A stretch of 64,000 nucleotides of DNA from Methyloversatilis universalis (GTDB lineage: Bacteria; Pseudomonadota; Gammaproteobacteria; Methylococcales; Methylococcaceae). Every line of letters begins with the position of its first letter. Positions within the stretch are counted from its first letter, which is position 1. Below are positions 1-6,980 of the stretch, in pieces. Both the position numbers and the translations under genes were made by a program. The notes under the pieces were generated by a model, which was not told the origin of the DNA, did no database searches, and worked only from the letters and a program-made list of their open reading frames with translations. The stretch is taken from NCBI GenBank assembly GCA_020723665.1, contig DYIL01000002.1, forward strand, positions 40,188 through 104,187, written 5' to 3'.

Positions 1-868
1 CTCGATATTGAATGGTAACGACATTCGACAACGCGCCCCCCTGAGGCACCGGTATCGGAAATTCGCCCCCGGCCAGGAAGGTGGCGGTCTGGCCGCTCAT
101 GGCGGTCAGACTGGGTTCGGCCAGAGTGTAGGCGTAGCCGCTACGCTCCAGCAGGCTGATGGTGCTGAGCCAGCTTTGCTTGGAGTTGCCGAATACCAAC
201 TGGAAGGCCTCCACAAATGGGAAGAAGCCGCTGGCGCTTTCCAAGAGCAGGCTGCCCGCGGCGGCGGCCGTATCGGAAGAGCCGACACCCGACAATGCAC
301 TGGGAGGGGAGACGGCCAGCGTCGTATTGGCGGAATTCTTGCCGAAGAAAAAGCCGGCTTCCTTGAGTCCCGTCCGGCTGACTTCGACCACTTTGATATC
401 GGCCTGGATCTGGGTGCCGCCGACATCGACGGTGGTGGCGTCCTGCGGGTGCGGCTTTTCCGCTTGGACCTTGGTGGCGTGTTCGTCGAGGCTGTGAAAT
501 TCGCCCTCGATCAAGCGGGGATCGATCCTCACGCGATAGAGTCTGGGCGAGCCCTTGGCGCTCAACCAGACATGCAGATCGGTCGTCCCCACCTTCTTGC
601 CGCTGACGAGCAATTCATCCGACGTCGTCATCGAGACATCGGCCACCTCGGGATCGCCCACGGCGACCCGTGCCACGCCTTCGAAGAAATGCAATACCTT
701 TTGCTGGCCTTCGGTGATGTGAATAACCTTGTAATGACTCGTCCGGTGCTTCTTTTTGCCATGCTTGTTCGCTGCGAGTGTGTCCGCGGCGAAAGCGCAG
801 GCGAACGCCAGCCACAGCGTCAGCCAGATTCGTGCGCCGGTAAAGCGTCGGTCGGTGCGATGTCTCAT
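1..868 (-). CDS. cpaC: Tad/Flp pilus secretin CpaC/RcpA, N-terminal ~289 codons (gene runs off window start)
   Basis: Not in the ORF track because there is no stop in the window. My own translation from ATG 868-866 gives MRHRTDRRFTGARIWLTLWLAFACAFA (signal peptide), then VIHITEGQQKVLHF..VARVAVGDPEVADVSMTTSDELLVSGKKVGTTDLHVW, then GYAYTLAEPSLTAMSGQTATFLAGGEFPIP (secretin-like). ATGA start/stop overlap with cpaB. Confidence 0.8.
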   Translation of the reverse strand, partial: MRHRTDRRFTGARIWLTLWLAFACAFAADTLAANKHGKKKHRTSHYKVIHITEGQQKVLHFFEGVARVAVGDPEVADVSMTTSDELLVSGKKVGTTDLHVWLSAKGSPRLYRVRIDPRLIEGEFHSLDEHATKVQAEKPHPQDATTVDVGGTQIQADIKVVEVSRTGLKEAGFFFGKNSANTTLAVSPPSALSGVGSSDTAAAAGSLLLESASGFFPFVEAFQLVFGNSKQSWLSTISLLERSGYAYTLAEPSLTAMSGQTATFLAGGEFPIPVPQGGALSNVVTIQYR

Positions 869-1692
869 GGGAATTGAATGATGCTTTTTTGACCGCCCCG
901 ATAGACTTCCACCATCGGACCTTTCGGAGCGGTTTCTTCGGGCGCAGGTGCGATGATTTCGCTCAGGCGGATGGAATCGTGATCTTCCAAACCGGCCTCC
1001 GCCATCAGCGCCGGCCTAAGCGCCAGCCGCAAAACACCCGCGTTCTCCGCCAGATTCAGCCGAACGGCGTCCCGCGCGCTGACGGCAAGCACCGCGGTAC
1101 CGGCATCCTTGCTCTTGGTCTTTTCATTCTTGCCGGTGTCTTCGGCGCTCCCCAGTTCGCTTCCGTAGGCCAGAACGCGGACCGAGCGCACCACGACCAG
1201 CGATTGGCTTTCTTTGGCCTTTTGATTGTCGCCGCGAAGATAGAGCAGCACGTCGACCTTGTCGCCCGGCCGCAAGAAACCGCCGACGCCGATCAGATTG
1301 CTCACTTTCACGGCCACGGCGCGTTCGTCCTCGCGCAGCGTCGCGGCCAGCGGATTTCCGACCGAAAAATGGCTCTCCAGCACCGGACTCCCCGCACCGA
1401 TGGCCGTAACCGGGCGTTTGCCCACGACTTCCTTGGGGTTCCGGAAAGCATCGGTTGGCATAGGATCGATCGACGCCAGCGCCAGATCGGCATCGCCGAT
1501 CTCCATCCCCGACGGAATGGGACGCGCCGCGACGACGATTTGAGGCGCGGGCTCCTTCGGCGGCATGGTCACGGTCTGCGCCGCTGCTGGCGGATTTTCC
1601 GGTGCACGGCCGATCCGCAAGGCAATGAATGCGAGAATCACAGAGCCGATGATCATCACGACGGCCAGGAATTTCAGCGTTTGGCTATTCAT
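865..1692 (-). CDS. cpaB: Flp pilus assembly protein CpaB/RcpC
   Basis: 275 aa with an N-terminal TM helix (FLAVVMIIGSVILAFIALRI). CpaB-like body (VAARPIPSGMEI..., VAVKVSNLIGVGGFLRPGDKVDVLL). Sits between the tadE-like gene and cpaC. Confidence 0.85.
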   Translation of the reverse strand: MNSQTLKFLAVVMIIGSVILAFIALRIGRAPENPPAAAQTVTMPPKEPAPQIVVAARPIPSGMEIGDADLALASIDPMPTDAFRNPKEVVGKRPVTAIGAGSPVLESHFSVGNPLAATLREDERAVAVKVSNLIGVGGFLRPGDKVDVLLYLRGDNQKAKESQSLVVVRSVRVLAYGSELGSAEDTGKNEKTKSKDAGTAVLAVSARDAVRLNLAENAGVLRLALRPALMAEAGLEDHDSIRLSEIIAPAPEETAPKGPMVEVYRGGQKSIIQFP

Positions 1693-1837
1693 TGAGGGGC
1701 TTTCCGTTACTGTTTTTCGCCGTCGTTCAAAACACGCATCTGATCGTAAGTATAGGTATTTCGAGCAAAGCTATTTTCGGTATGGCGAGCTGGTTCGAGT
1801 TGGGATAATTTCATTCGGCATTCGAGTGAACATTAAT

Positions 1838-1914
1838 CGTAGGGTGGGTCAGCGCAACCCATCGATTCGAGGTCGCTCGGTGGGTTACGGCCTCGCGGCC
1901 TAAGCCACCCTACG
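1838..1914. repeat. REP-like nested palindromic element (GTAGGGTGG...CCACCCTAC)
   Basis: Outer inverted repeat cGTAGGGTGG (1838-1847) / CCACCCTACg (1905-1914). It encloses the inner hairpins GGGTcagcgcaACCC and GGCCtcgcGGCC. Intergenic. Confidence 0.6.
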
Positions 1915-1967
1915 AAAATGAATTCCTTATCGAAAGCAATTTGGAATAAAACCGGAACGAGTTGAGT

Positions 1968-2558
1968 CTAAAGCCGGGCGCTGGCGCTCACGACAAGCGG
2001 ATCCGGCACGTCGGGGATTTTCGGCAAAAACGGAAACTGGATGACCGGCACCGATGGAACGCTATATTCCAAGGTGACGGTTACGGTCGCAATACCGGAA
2101 TCCGACTGAAATTCGGACTTGCACGTAAGCGGGTCGGGCAGCCAAGCGAGCGATCCGGATGCACTAGCACACGCCCTTTCCTTGATTTCATTCTTGTAAG
2201 CTTCGTCATCGCCGAAGCTCGCGGGATCGACGGCAACGGCGGCTCGCGCTCCCTCGGCCGCGGCGTGGGTAAGCGATTGCTCTAGGGTCATGATCAAGCT
2301 ATAGGCGACGATGCCGTAGAACAAGACGAAAAACAGGGGAAACGCCAGGGCGAACTCGATGGCGGCCGCGCCTCTTTGCCGGCGGCATCGGCTTGTCCCG
2401 CCGGAGCCCGGTAAAACGATAGGAAAGCAAAGCCTTGTCCCGTACACGCTCATACCGGCCATCTCCCGAAGAGATGAAGACCGAAAGGCATCAACTTCTG
2501 GCCGTGAAGAGTACACCAATACGTCTTTGCCATCGCCCGAAGGAACAGGACGCTTCAA
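1968..2558 (-). CDS. TadE/TadG-like pseudopilin (start uncertain, probably internal)
   Basis: Contains the TadE-type N-terminal motif RRQRGAAAIEFALAFPLFFVLFYGIV. The maximal ORF is given. M36 (2453) is a plausible start. Confidence 0.7.
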   Translation of the reverse strand: MKRPVPSGDGKDVLVYSSRPEVDAFRSSSLREMAGMSVYGTRLCFPIVLPGSGGTSRCRRQRGAAAIEFALAFPLFFVLFYGIVAYSLIMTLEQSLTHAAAEGARAAVAVDPASFGDDEAYKNEIKERACASASGSLAWLPDPLTCKSEFQSDSGIATVTVTLEYSVPSVPVIQFPFLPKIPDVPDPLVVSASARL

Positions 2559-2598
2559 ACCATTCGCTACGCGACTTTTACATTTACGGCGAAAGCAA

Positions 2599-3066
2599 TC
2601 ATCCAGGACCAGTGTGCGAAAAGCCCGCCATGGCAGCGAGAAGCCCCGCCGCGAGAAATAGACCTTGAGGAATCCGGCCTACCACAGACCTGGGATTTTC
2701 CCCGCGCCAGCCGGCACGAGCCAGGAGCGCCAAGACATAGGGCAAGGTCAGCAGGCTGCTCAGAACGAACGTGGTGAGCAGCACCTTTACGCCGCCGATC
2801 AATCCGATAGCCGAGATCAGCTTGATATCCCCGGCTCCGAGCCAACCCAGTCCGTAAAACGGCATCGAGACAATGATCGCGCCGAACCCGGCCGTCAGCG
2901 CCGAGGACGGCGCGGCACCCAGCGGACTTTGGCCCTGCACCAGCAGGTAGGCGATCGCGCATCCCGCACCTCCCAAGGTGAGCCCGTTGGGAAGGCGCCG
3001 CCACTTGAGATCGAAGACGGACAGCGCAACCGCCCAGGCGGCAAGCGCGGGATACTGCCATTGCAT
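2599..3066 (-). CDS. cpaA: Prepilin peptidase CpaA/TadV (A24 family)
   Basis: Polytopic membrane protein. Carries FDLKWRRLPN and GLGWLGAGDIKLISAIG, matching the A24 aspartyl peptidase motifs. Start taken at MQWQYP (ATG 3066). Confidence 0.8.
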   Translation of the reverse strand: MQWQYPALAAWAVALSVFDLKWRRLPNGLTLGGAGCAIAYLLVQGQSPLGAAPSSALTAGFGAIIVSMPFYGLGWLGAGDIKLISAIGLIGGVKVLLTTFVLSSLLTLPYVLALLARAGWRGENPRSVVGRIPQGLFLAAGLLAAMAGFSHTGPG

Positions 3067-3225
3067 ACGGCTTCCGTCGGACCTATTGGCAAACTCGCGC
3101 AAAGCGCCGCTCTTTACAGCGGCTTGAGCGGCCTAGACGAGCAAGGCGCACAGCGACCGTCAAACCCATGGGGATTATGGTGCTCGATGCGCGGCTTACC
3201 GGACTTAACCGATCGTTAGTTGGCT

Positions 3226-3420
3226 TCAGCCCCCAGCAGGCACTGCCGATTCGAGTGCTGTTTGTATGGCTGTGAAAATATCAGTGACCGCCGTCCTAAC
3301 GGGCGTGACAAAAGCAACAAGAGCTACGGCCACCATCCCCGCCATCAAGGCGTATTCCAACGCACTGGCCCCTTCCTCGTTCCGAAGCCATTTCTTAAAG
3401 AATCGCTTCATATTCAACAT
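3226..3420 (-). CDS. flp: Flp family type IVb pilin
   Basis: 64 aa: MLNMKRFFKKWLRNEEGASALEYALMAGMVAVALVAF..., i.e. the Flp motif G/ASALEY followed by a hydrophobic helix. The long upstream extension in the ORF track was rejected. Confidence 0.85.
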   Translation of the reverse strand: MLNMKRFFKKWLRNEEGASALEYALMAGMVAVALVAFVTPVRTAVTDIFTAIQTALESAVPAGG

Positions 3421-3561
3421 GACATGCCCTCTCCTCAAATGCGGCGGATGCCCCGCCTTTTTTATCGATATTTCGTGTCTTCTGTCACACTCTCGTAACA
3501 AAGTATAGATCATCGCAGGCAAGAACTTGCGCACTACGTAAATCAGAACATTCTCTCAATA

Positions 3562-3600
3562 TGCACCAAGATAAATCAGTAAGGTCTCTAAATTGGTGCA
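3562..3600 (+). promoter_or_regulatory. Candidate NtrC-type enhancer half-sites (TGCACCA ... TGGTGCA)
   Basis: TGCACCA (3562-3568) and TGGTGCA (3594-3600) are exact halves of the NtrC consensus TGCACCA-N3-TGGTGCA. They are 25 nt apart rather than 3. They lie 85-120 bp upstream of the sigma54 promoter. Confidence 0.3.
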
Positions 3601-3681
3601 TAACAGAATGGCAGCCCCCGCCTCGACCGAGCATTTTTAAAGTTTTCCCGCCGCATCAATACATTACGCCAACCTAAATGC

Positions 3682-3697
3682 TGGCACGATCTCTGCT
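3682..3697 (+). promoter_or_regulatory. sigma54 (-24/-12) promoter of the narK operon
   Basis: TGGCACGATCTCTGCT versus consensus TGGCACG-N4-TTGCW. GG (3683-84) and GC (3695-96) have the correct spacing. Confidence 0.6.
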
Positions 3698-3713
3698 TAA
3701 TCGGCAGTAATTC

Positions 3714-3756
3714 TCGATACGCCAACGGCGGGGTATCGAAAATCGACAAAGGCGTC
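3714..3756 (+). promoter_or_regulatory. ANTAR-type dual hexaloop hairpins (NasT target) in the narK leader
   Basis: P1 is tCGATACGCC[AACGGC]GGGGTATCGa and P2 is GAC[AAAGGC]GTC. Both loops have A1/G4. The P2 3' arm is the 5' arm of the terminator. Confidence 0.5.
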
Positions 3757-3797
3757 TCGCGGTCATCCTTCTACGGTGACCGCCGGACGCCTTTTTT
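3751..3797 (+). terminator. Leader intrinsic terminator (attenuator) upstream of narK
   Basis: GGCGTCtcGCGGTCAt..cGGTGACCGCcgGACGCC followed by TTTTTT, 45 nt before the narK ATG. Confidence 0.75.
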
Positions 3798-3841
3798 ATT
3801 GGTTCGGATAAACGCGAAATCAACCGAATGGACTTTGAACG

Positions 3842-5116
3842 ATGAACTTCAAAGAATTCAAGCAAGCAGGCCATTGGCCGACTCTGCTGTCCGCATTCCT
3901 CTATTTCGACGCCTCTTTCATGGTCTGGGTGATGCTGGGTCCCTTGTCCCTGTACATCACCAAGGACCTGGGGCTGCCGGTAAGCGAGAAGTTCACCATT
4001 GTGGCCATCCCCATTCTATCCGGCGCCGTATTCCGCGTGGTCCTCGGCTCGATGGCCGACCACCTTGGCCCCAAGCTGACCGGAATCCTGGCCCAGTTGC
4101 TGGTGATTCTCGGGCTGGCCTATGTCTTCGTATTCGGTCTGCACTCCAAGCTGGAAACGGAGCTGCTGGGCCTCCTCTTGGGTATAGCCGGAGCCAGTTT
4201 TGCCGTGGCCCTGCCCCAGGCCAGCCGCTGGTACCCGCCGCGCTATCAGGGTGTGGTGATGGGTATCGCCGGGGCCGGCAACATGGGCGTGGTGCTGGAC
4301 TCGATGATCGTCCCGTGGCTGGCGGAACGCTTCGGCTGGCAGGCGGTGTTCGGTTTCCTGCTCATCCCCCTGGTGCTGGTGCTCGTCATTTACACCGTTC
4401 TGGTCAAGGACGCCCCGGACAAGCGCACGCCAGTCACCCTGGCCAACTATGCCGCAGTCATGAAAGACCCGGACACCTGGTGGTTCATGTTCTTTTATTC
4501 GATCACCTTCGGCGGCTTCGTCGGTCTCGGCAATGCGCTGCCCCTTTACTTCACCAACTGGTATCACGTCTCCGGCATCGCCGCTGGCATGATGGCGGCG
4601 ATCGTCGTATTCGCCGGCTCCATGTTTCGCCCCGTGGGCGGCTACCTGGCCGACCGGCTGGGCGGCATACGCACGCTACAGTTCCTGTTCGTCGCGGTGT
4701 CCTTGAGCTATCTCGCCATCTCTTTTCTGCCGGAAGGCCCGGCGCCGGTCCAGAGCGCGAATGCCAAAGTCGCCGGATGGGGTTTGTTCGAACTGCCTGC
4801 CATCGCCTGGATCGCCGTCGCTATCTTCTTCGCCGGCACCATGGCCTTAGGGATGGGCAATGGATCGGTGTTCCAGCTGGTGCCCCTGCGCTTCCGCAAG
4901 GAGATCGGCGTCATCACCGGGCTGGTCGGCTGCGCCGGCGGCGTGGGCGGCTTCTTCCTGGCCAAGGCCTTGGGGTGGTCCTGGGACATGCAGCACGGCT
5001 TCGCCCTGGGCTTTAGCGTGTTCGCCGGGCTGCCGCTGCTGGGACTCTTCGGTCTCCTTATGGTCAAGAAGCGCTGGCGCACCACTTGGGGCGCGGTATC
5101 CGGCGCGCGGGTCTGA
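3842..5116 (+). CDS. narK: Nitrate/nitrite MFS transporter (NarK/NasA-type)
   Basis: 424 aa, about 12 TM segments. NarK-family features (HWPTLLSAFLYFDASFMVWVMLGPL, GAGNMG, GGVGGFFL). Located at the head of the nas/nir genes. Confidence 0.85.
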   Translation: MNFKEFKQAGHWPTLLSAFLYFDASFMVWVMLGPLSLYITKDLGLPVSEKFTIVAIPILSGAVFRVVLGSMADHLGPKLTGILAQLLVILGLAYVFVFGLHSKLETELLGLLLGIAGASFAVALPQASRWYPPRYQGVVMGIAGAGNMGVVLDSMIVPWLAERFGWQAVFGFLLIPLVLVLVIYTVLVKDAPDKRTPVTLANYAAVMKDPDTWWFMFFYSITFGGFVGLGNALPLYFTNWYHVSGIAAGMMAAIVVFAGSMFRPVGGYLADRLGGIRTLQFLFVAVSLSYLAISFLPEGPAPVQSANAKVAGWGLFELPAIAWIAVAIFFAGTMALGMGNGSVFQLVPLRFRKEIGVITGLVGCAGGVGGFFLAKALGWSWDMQHGFALGFSVFAGLPLLGLFGLLMVKKRWRTTWGAVSGARV

Positions 5117-6873
5117 ACCATGCCGCTGAGTACACGCACCGGAGTACGTCGGTGAACGCAAACGGACAACTCGCCTTGAGCGCCGCCTTCGCGTCGCATC
5201 GGGGACGCCGCGAAGACAACCAGGATTACGCCGGCATCGCCGAGCCATCGGCGCAAGATCTGGCCTGTCGCGGCGTCGTCGCGGCGGTGGCGGACGGCAT
5301 GGGCGGGGCCAAGGGGGGCCGTGTAGCCGCGGAGATGTGCGTGCACTGCTTCATGGAAGCCTATTACAGCCTGGCCGAAACCTTTGCGATGGAGCAGTTG
5401 TTGGACCGCAGCCTGGATGCCGCCAACCGCTGGATACATGCCATGGGGAGGCGCGACCCCAATCTCGCCCATATGGCCACCACCTTCAGCGCTTTGATTC
5501 TTCGCGGCCGCCGCGCCCATCTGGTGCATGTCGGGGACTCCCGCGTCTACCGATTGCGCGGCGAGCGGCTGGAACTGCTGACGACTGATCACACGCTGAA
5601 CGGCCCCGAACTGGGTCACATCCTGTACCGGGCCGTGGGTCTGGAGCCTCTGCTTCGCACCGACTACGCCGTGCACACGCTCGAAGTCCACGACCGCTTC
5701 CTCCTGTGTAGCGACGGTTTGCACGGCGTCCTCAAACAGGCCGAAATCGAGCGCATTCTGCTGGAGCGCGGCGCCACCCAAAGCAGCGCCGATGCTCTGG
5801 TCGACTCGGCGCTACAGCGCGGCGGCAGCGACAATGTCACCGCGCTGGTGGTGGACGTCATCGGTCTGCCCAGAATCGACCGCCAATCCCTGCGGGAAAT
5901 CATCGAATCCCTGCCCATCCTGGAACCACCAGGTCCGGGCGATACCGTGGACGATTTCCAACTGGAAGAACTGGTGTCTTCCGGCCGCTATAGCGTCCTG
6001 TTCCGCGCGGTCGACCTCCAGAGCGGCAACCCCGTAGTCCTCAAATTCCCGCATCCGCGCGTCGCCAGCGAGCGCCTTTACCAGGACGCTTTCATGCGCG
6101 AGGCATGGATCGGCGGACGGGTCAAGAGTCCCTGGGTAGCCGAAATTCTGGAACAGCCGCTCGAGCGGCAAAGCCGTCTCTACTCGGTCATGCCCTATTA
6201 TCGCGGCATCACCCTCGAACAGCACTTGCGCCGGAATGCCCGTATCGGCCTGGAGCCGGGCATCGATCTCGCCCTCAAGCTGTGCAAGGCGGTGCACGCC
6301 CTGCACCGCCAGCAGATCGTGCACCGCGACATCAAGCCGGACAACGTCCTGCTACTCGACGACGGCGGCTTGAAACTGCTGGACCTCGGCATCGCGCGCC
6401 TGCCGGCCTGGGACGAAGACCAGGCCGATCCGATGCCGGGCACCGCCAGCTACATGGCGCCGGAGCTCTTCCATGGCGAACGGGGCAGCGTCGCCAGCGA
6501 CATTTTCGCGCTGGGGGTGACGCTTTATCGGCTGTTCTCCGGCGGCGGCTATCCCTACGGCGAGATCGAGCCGTTCAGCACCCCGAGATTCGGAAAACCC
6601 AAGCCGCTCACCAGTCGCCGCCCGGATTTGCCGGTTTGGCTCGACGCCGCTTTGGCGCGCGCCATCGCGGTCGACCCGGACGAGCGCTATGCCGACGCCA
6701 TAGAACTCGCCTTCGAGCTGGAATCGGGACTGTCGAAAGGGGGTGGCAAGCGCATCTCCGCCCGTCCCCTCCCCCTCTATCAGCGCAATCCCGTGCTGTT
6801 CTGGCAACTGACGGCGTTGCTCCTGTTCGGCCTGCTGATGGTATGCCTGTTTCAGGCATATGGGAGGGTTTAG
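5086..6873 (+). CDS. Fused PP2C-type Ser/Thr phosphatase and Ser/Thr protein kinase with a C-terminal TM anchor
   Basis: The N-terminal half has RREDNQDY, AVADGMGG and LLCSDGLHG..GGSDNVTALVV (PP2C). The C-terminal half has HRDIKPDNVLL, DLGIARL and YMAPE (Hanks kinase). The terminal helix is LFWQLTALLLFGLLMVCLF. A likelier start is GTG 5152, preceded by GGAG. Confidence 0.85.
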   Translation: MGRGIRRAGLNHAAEYTHRSTSVNANGQLALSAAFASHRGRREDNQDYAGIAEPSAQDLACRGVVAAVADGMGGAKGGRVAAEMCVHCFMEAYYSLAETFAMEQLLDRSLDAANRWIHAMGRRDPNLAHMATTFSALILRGRRAHLVHVGDSRVYRLRGERLELLTTDHTLNGPELGHILYRAVGLEPLLRTDYAVHTLEVHDRFLLCSDGLHGVLKQAEIERILLERGATQSSADALVDSALQRGGSDNVTALVVDVIGLPRIDRQSLREIIESLPILEPPGPGDTVDDFQLEELVSSGRYSVLFRAVDLQSGNPVVLKFPHPRVASERLYQDAFMREAWIGGRVKSPWVAEILEQPLERQSRLYSVMPYYRGITLEQHLRRNARIGLEPGIDLALKLCKAVHALHRQQIVHRDIKPDNVLLLDDGGLKLLDLGIARLPAWDEDQADPMPGTASYMAPELFHGERGSVASDIFALGVTLYRLFSGGGYPYGEIEPFSTPRFGKPKPLTSRRPDLPVWLDAALARAIAVDPDERYADAIELAFELESGLSKGGGKRISARPLPLYQRNPVLFWQLTALLLFGLLMVCLFQAYGRV

Positions 6874-6980
6874 GTGTTGTTCGACATCATCGAACTCGAA
6901 CGATGCGGTTCCCTTCGTTCACCGCATCCTACAAAAAATTTGATTCGACGAACGGGATTTATCCCAAGGGTAGGTAAGCC

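Noticed and set aside
8-1695. Long plus-strand ORFs 8-877 (289 aa) and 874-1695 (273 aa).
   Set aside because: Both are antisense to cpaC and cpaB. They are Arg/Gly/Ala-rich with no recognisable motif, which is typical of shadow ORFs in GC-rich DNA. The minus-strand products have clear family signatures.
4708-5781. Minus-strand ORF of 357 aa.
   Set aside because: Antisense to the narK 3' end and the PP2C domain. Low-complexity sequence with no motifs.
6890-6945. Hairpin GATGCGG..13 nt..CCGCATC between the kinase gene and nirB, as a possible internal attenuator.
   Set aside because: It is not followed by a U run (the sequence continues CTACAAAAAATTT), and there are alternative competing stems. 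Insufficient evidence for a terminator call.
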